A stretch of DNA of 64,000 nt from Marsupella aquatica. Lineage: Eukaryota; Plantae; Marchantiophyta. Positions 63,001-64,000 of the stretch are shown piece by piece (positions within the stretch are counted from its first letter, which is position 1; each line of letters begins with the position of its first letter). The position numbers and the translations under genes are program-made. The stretch lies in the NCBI GenBank assembly GCA_973895155.1, contig OZ316893.1, positions 21,126,955-21,190,954 on the forward strand, given 5' to 3'. The notes under the pieces are model-generated. The model was not told where the DNA came from. It worked only from the letters and a program-made list of their open reading frames with translations, and searched no databases.

Positions 63001-63930
63001 CCCAACTGTCCAGAACTCCACCCATCCTCTCAAAGGGAGCTATTTAAAGGCTCTAGAAAGAGTCCTGAAGCTGTCAATACCTACACTCTACGTGTGGCTG
63101 TGCTTATTTTATTGCTTCTTTCACTTGTGGTAAGTTGACACTGGCTGGTGTAAAGTTTGCGATTCTGTTCCGCGAATTATCTGACGTCCAAGTTTTCAGC
63201 AGTCATTAGCTGAAGTTGGTCTCTGCTGCAGTTTGTTGATTGGACACTGCAGTCTTTTGAATGGTCTAAGGCTCTTCATCATATTGTGCTGTCCTTCATT
63301 TGTCCTTGTATGATTGCCGACTAGGAATGTGTGAAACGAATCGTCTGTTATGTTTCAAAGTTTCAGATTTATTAGTTTACAAATCGGAAAAGGATGATCT
63401 CAGGCTGAACATTCTGGCCGAGTTACTACGCTTCGGAGATCGGGAATTTTATAAAGACTGGTGGAATGCAAAGACAGTCGAAGAGGTAGTTTGCAGGTCC
63501 CAATGTTTTGATTGGTTCACACGAGTGCTGTTATCGTAGTTTGAATTTGGTGAAGTCGGTTGTTGATTACCGAGTTGTGTTTAAGGGGGGAAAGTTTGCA
63601 ATCGTAAGTTTTGTTGGTAATCAATAGCGAAGTAGGATGTTCCTGAGCAGAACAAGTACAGGGTACTGTCAGACATATATACCATTAGTGCAAATGAGAT
63701 GTAGTAATGGAACTTGGGTCCAAGGTTCGGGACATCAGTTGGGCAGGGTACTTTCAGACGGTCCTATTCTTCGGTGTTTAATGCTTTTCGCAAAAATTTA
63801 GAACCCATTCCAGAAATAGAACTCTGTTAATGGTTGTTCTATTTCTCTTGAATGATACACTAATAGTTTTTTCCGGGGTTTTGGCATTCCCTTATTTTGA
63901 CGATCACAGTATTGGCGAATGTGGAACATG
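60032..63930 (+). CDS. DGAT1: Diacylglycerol O-acyltransferase 1 (MBOAT family), 5' portion; continues beyond the window
   Basis: Exons 60032-60277, 60502-60582, 60884-60957, 61142-61217, 61567-61634, 62007-62130, 62324-62425, 62702-62803, 62993-63129, 63404-63485, 63910-63930. Motifs: [103 protein letters not shown]. The start ATG is the likeliest candidate, not proven. Confidence 0.97.
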
Positions 63931-64000
63931 GTAAGAATTTACTGAGCATTGCAAACCTGTCCCCTTTATTGTTTCACAAGAGAGGAGGGTTGTGTCACTT

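Overview
Eukaryotic plant DNA with spliceosomal introns. A bryophyte or liverwort-like origin is my inference from protein style. Two housekeeping genes bracket the window: the 3' part of a KEA4/5/6-type K+/H+ antiporter (1-4036, +) and the 5' part of DGAT1 (60032 to beyond the end, +). A small secreted-protein gene lies at about 6.3-6.7 kb (-). The ~50 kb between them is mostly transposons and repeats. (1) A 5'-truncated, 5'-inverted L1 LINE with a 16-bp TSD carries a nested non-autonomous Copia element with a 5-bp TSD. (2) A 5.8-kb Mutator element with TIRs and a 10-bp TSD has a decayed transposase plus a convergent unknown gene. (3) The most notable feature is an 8.5-kb PIF/Harbinger-superfamily (Pangu-like, AAT TSD) element with four genes rather than the usual two: a Myb/SANT-like protein, a DDE transposase, a largely intact 687-aa ORF flanked by short motif arrays, and an RPA70-C-like OB-fold/zinc-ribbon gene. 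Tandem repeats, a foldback element and two paralogous decayed repeat-domain segments fill the rest. All family calls are by eye, with no database search.
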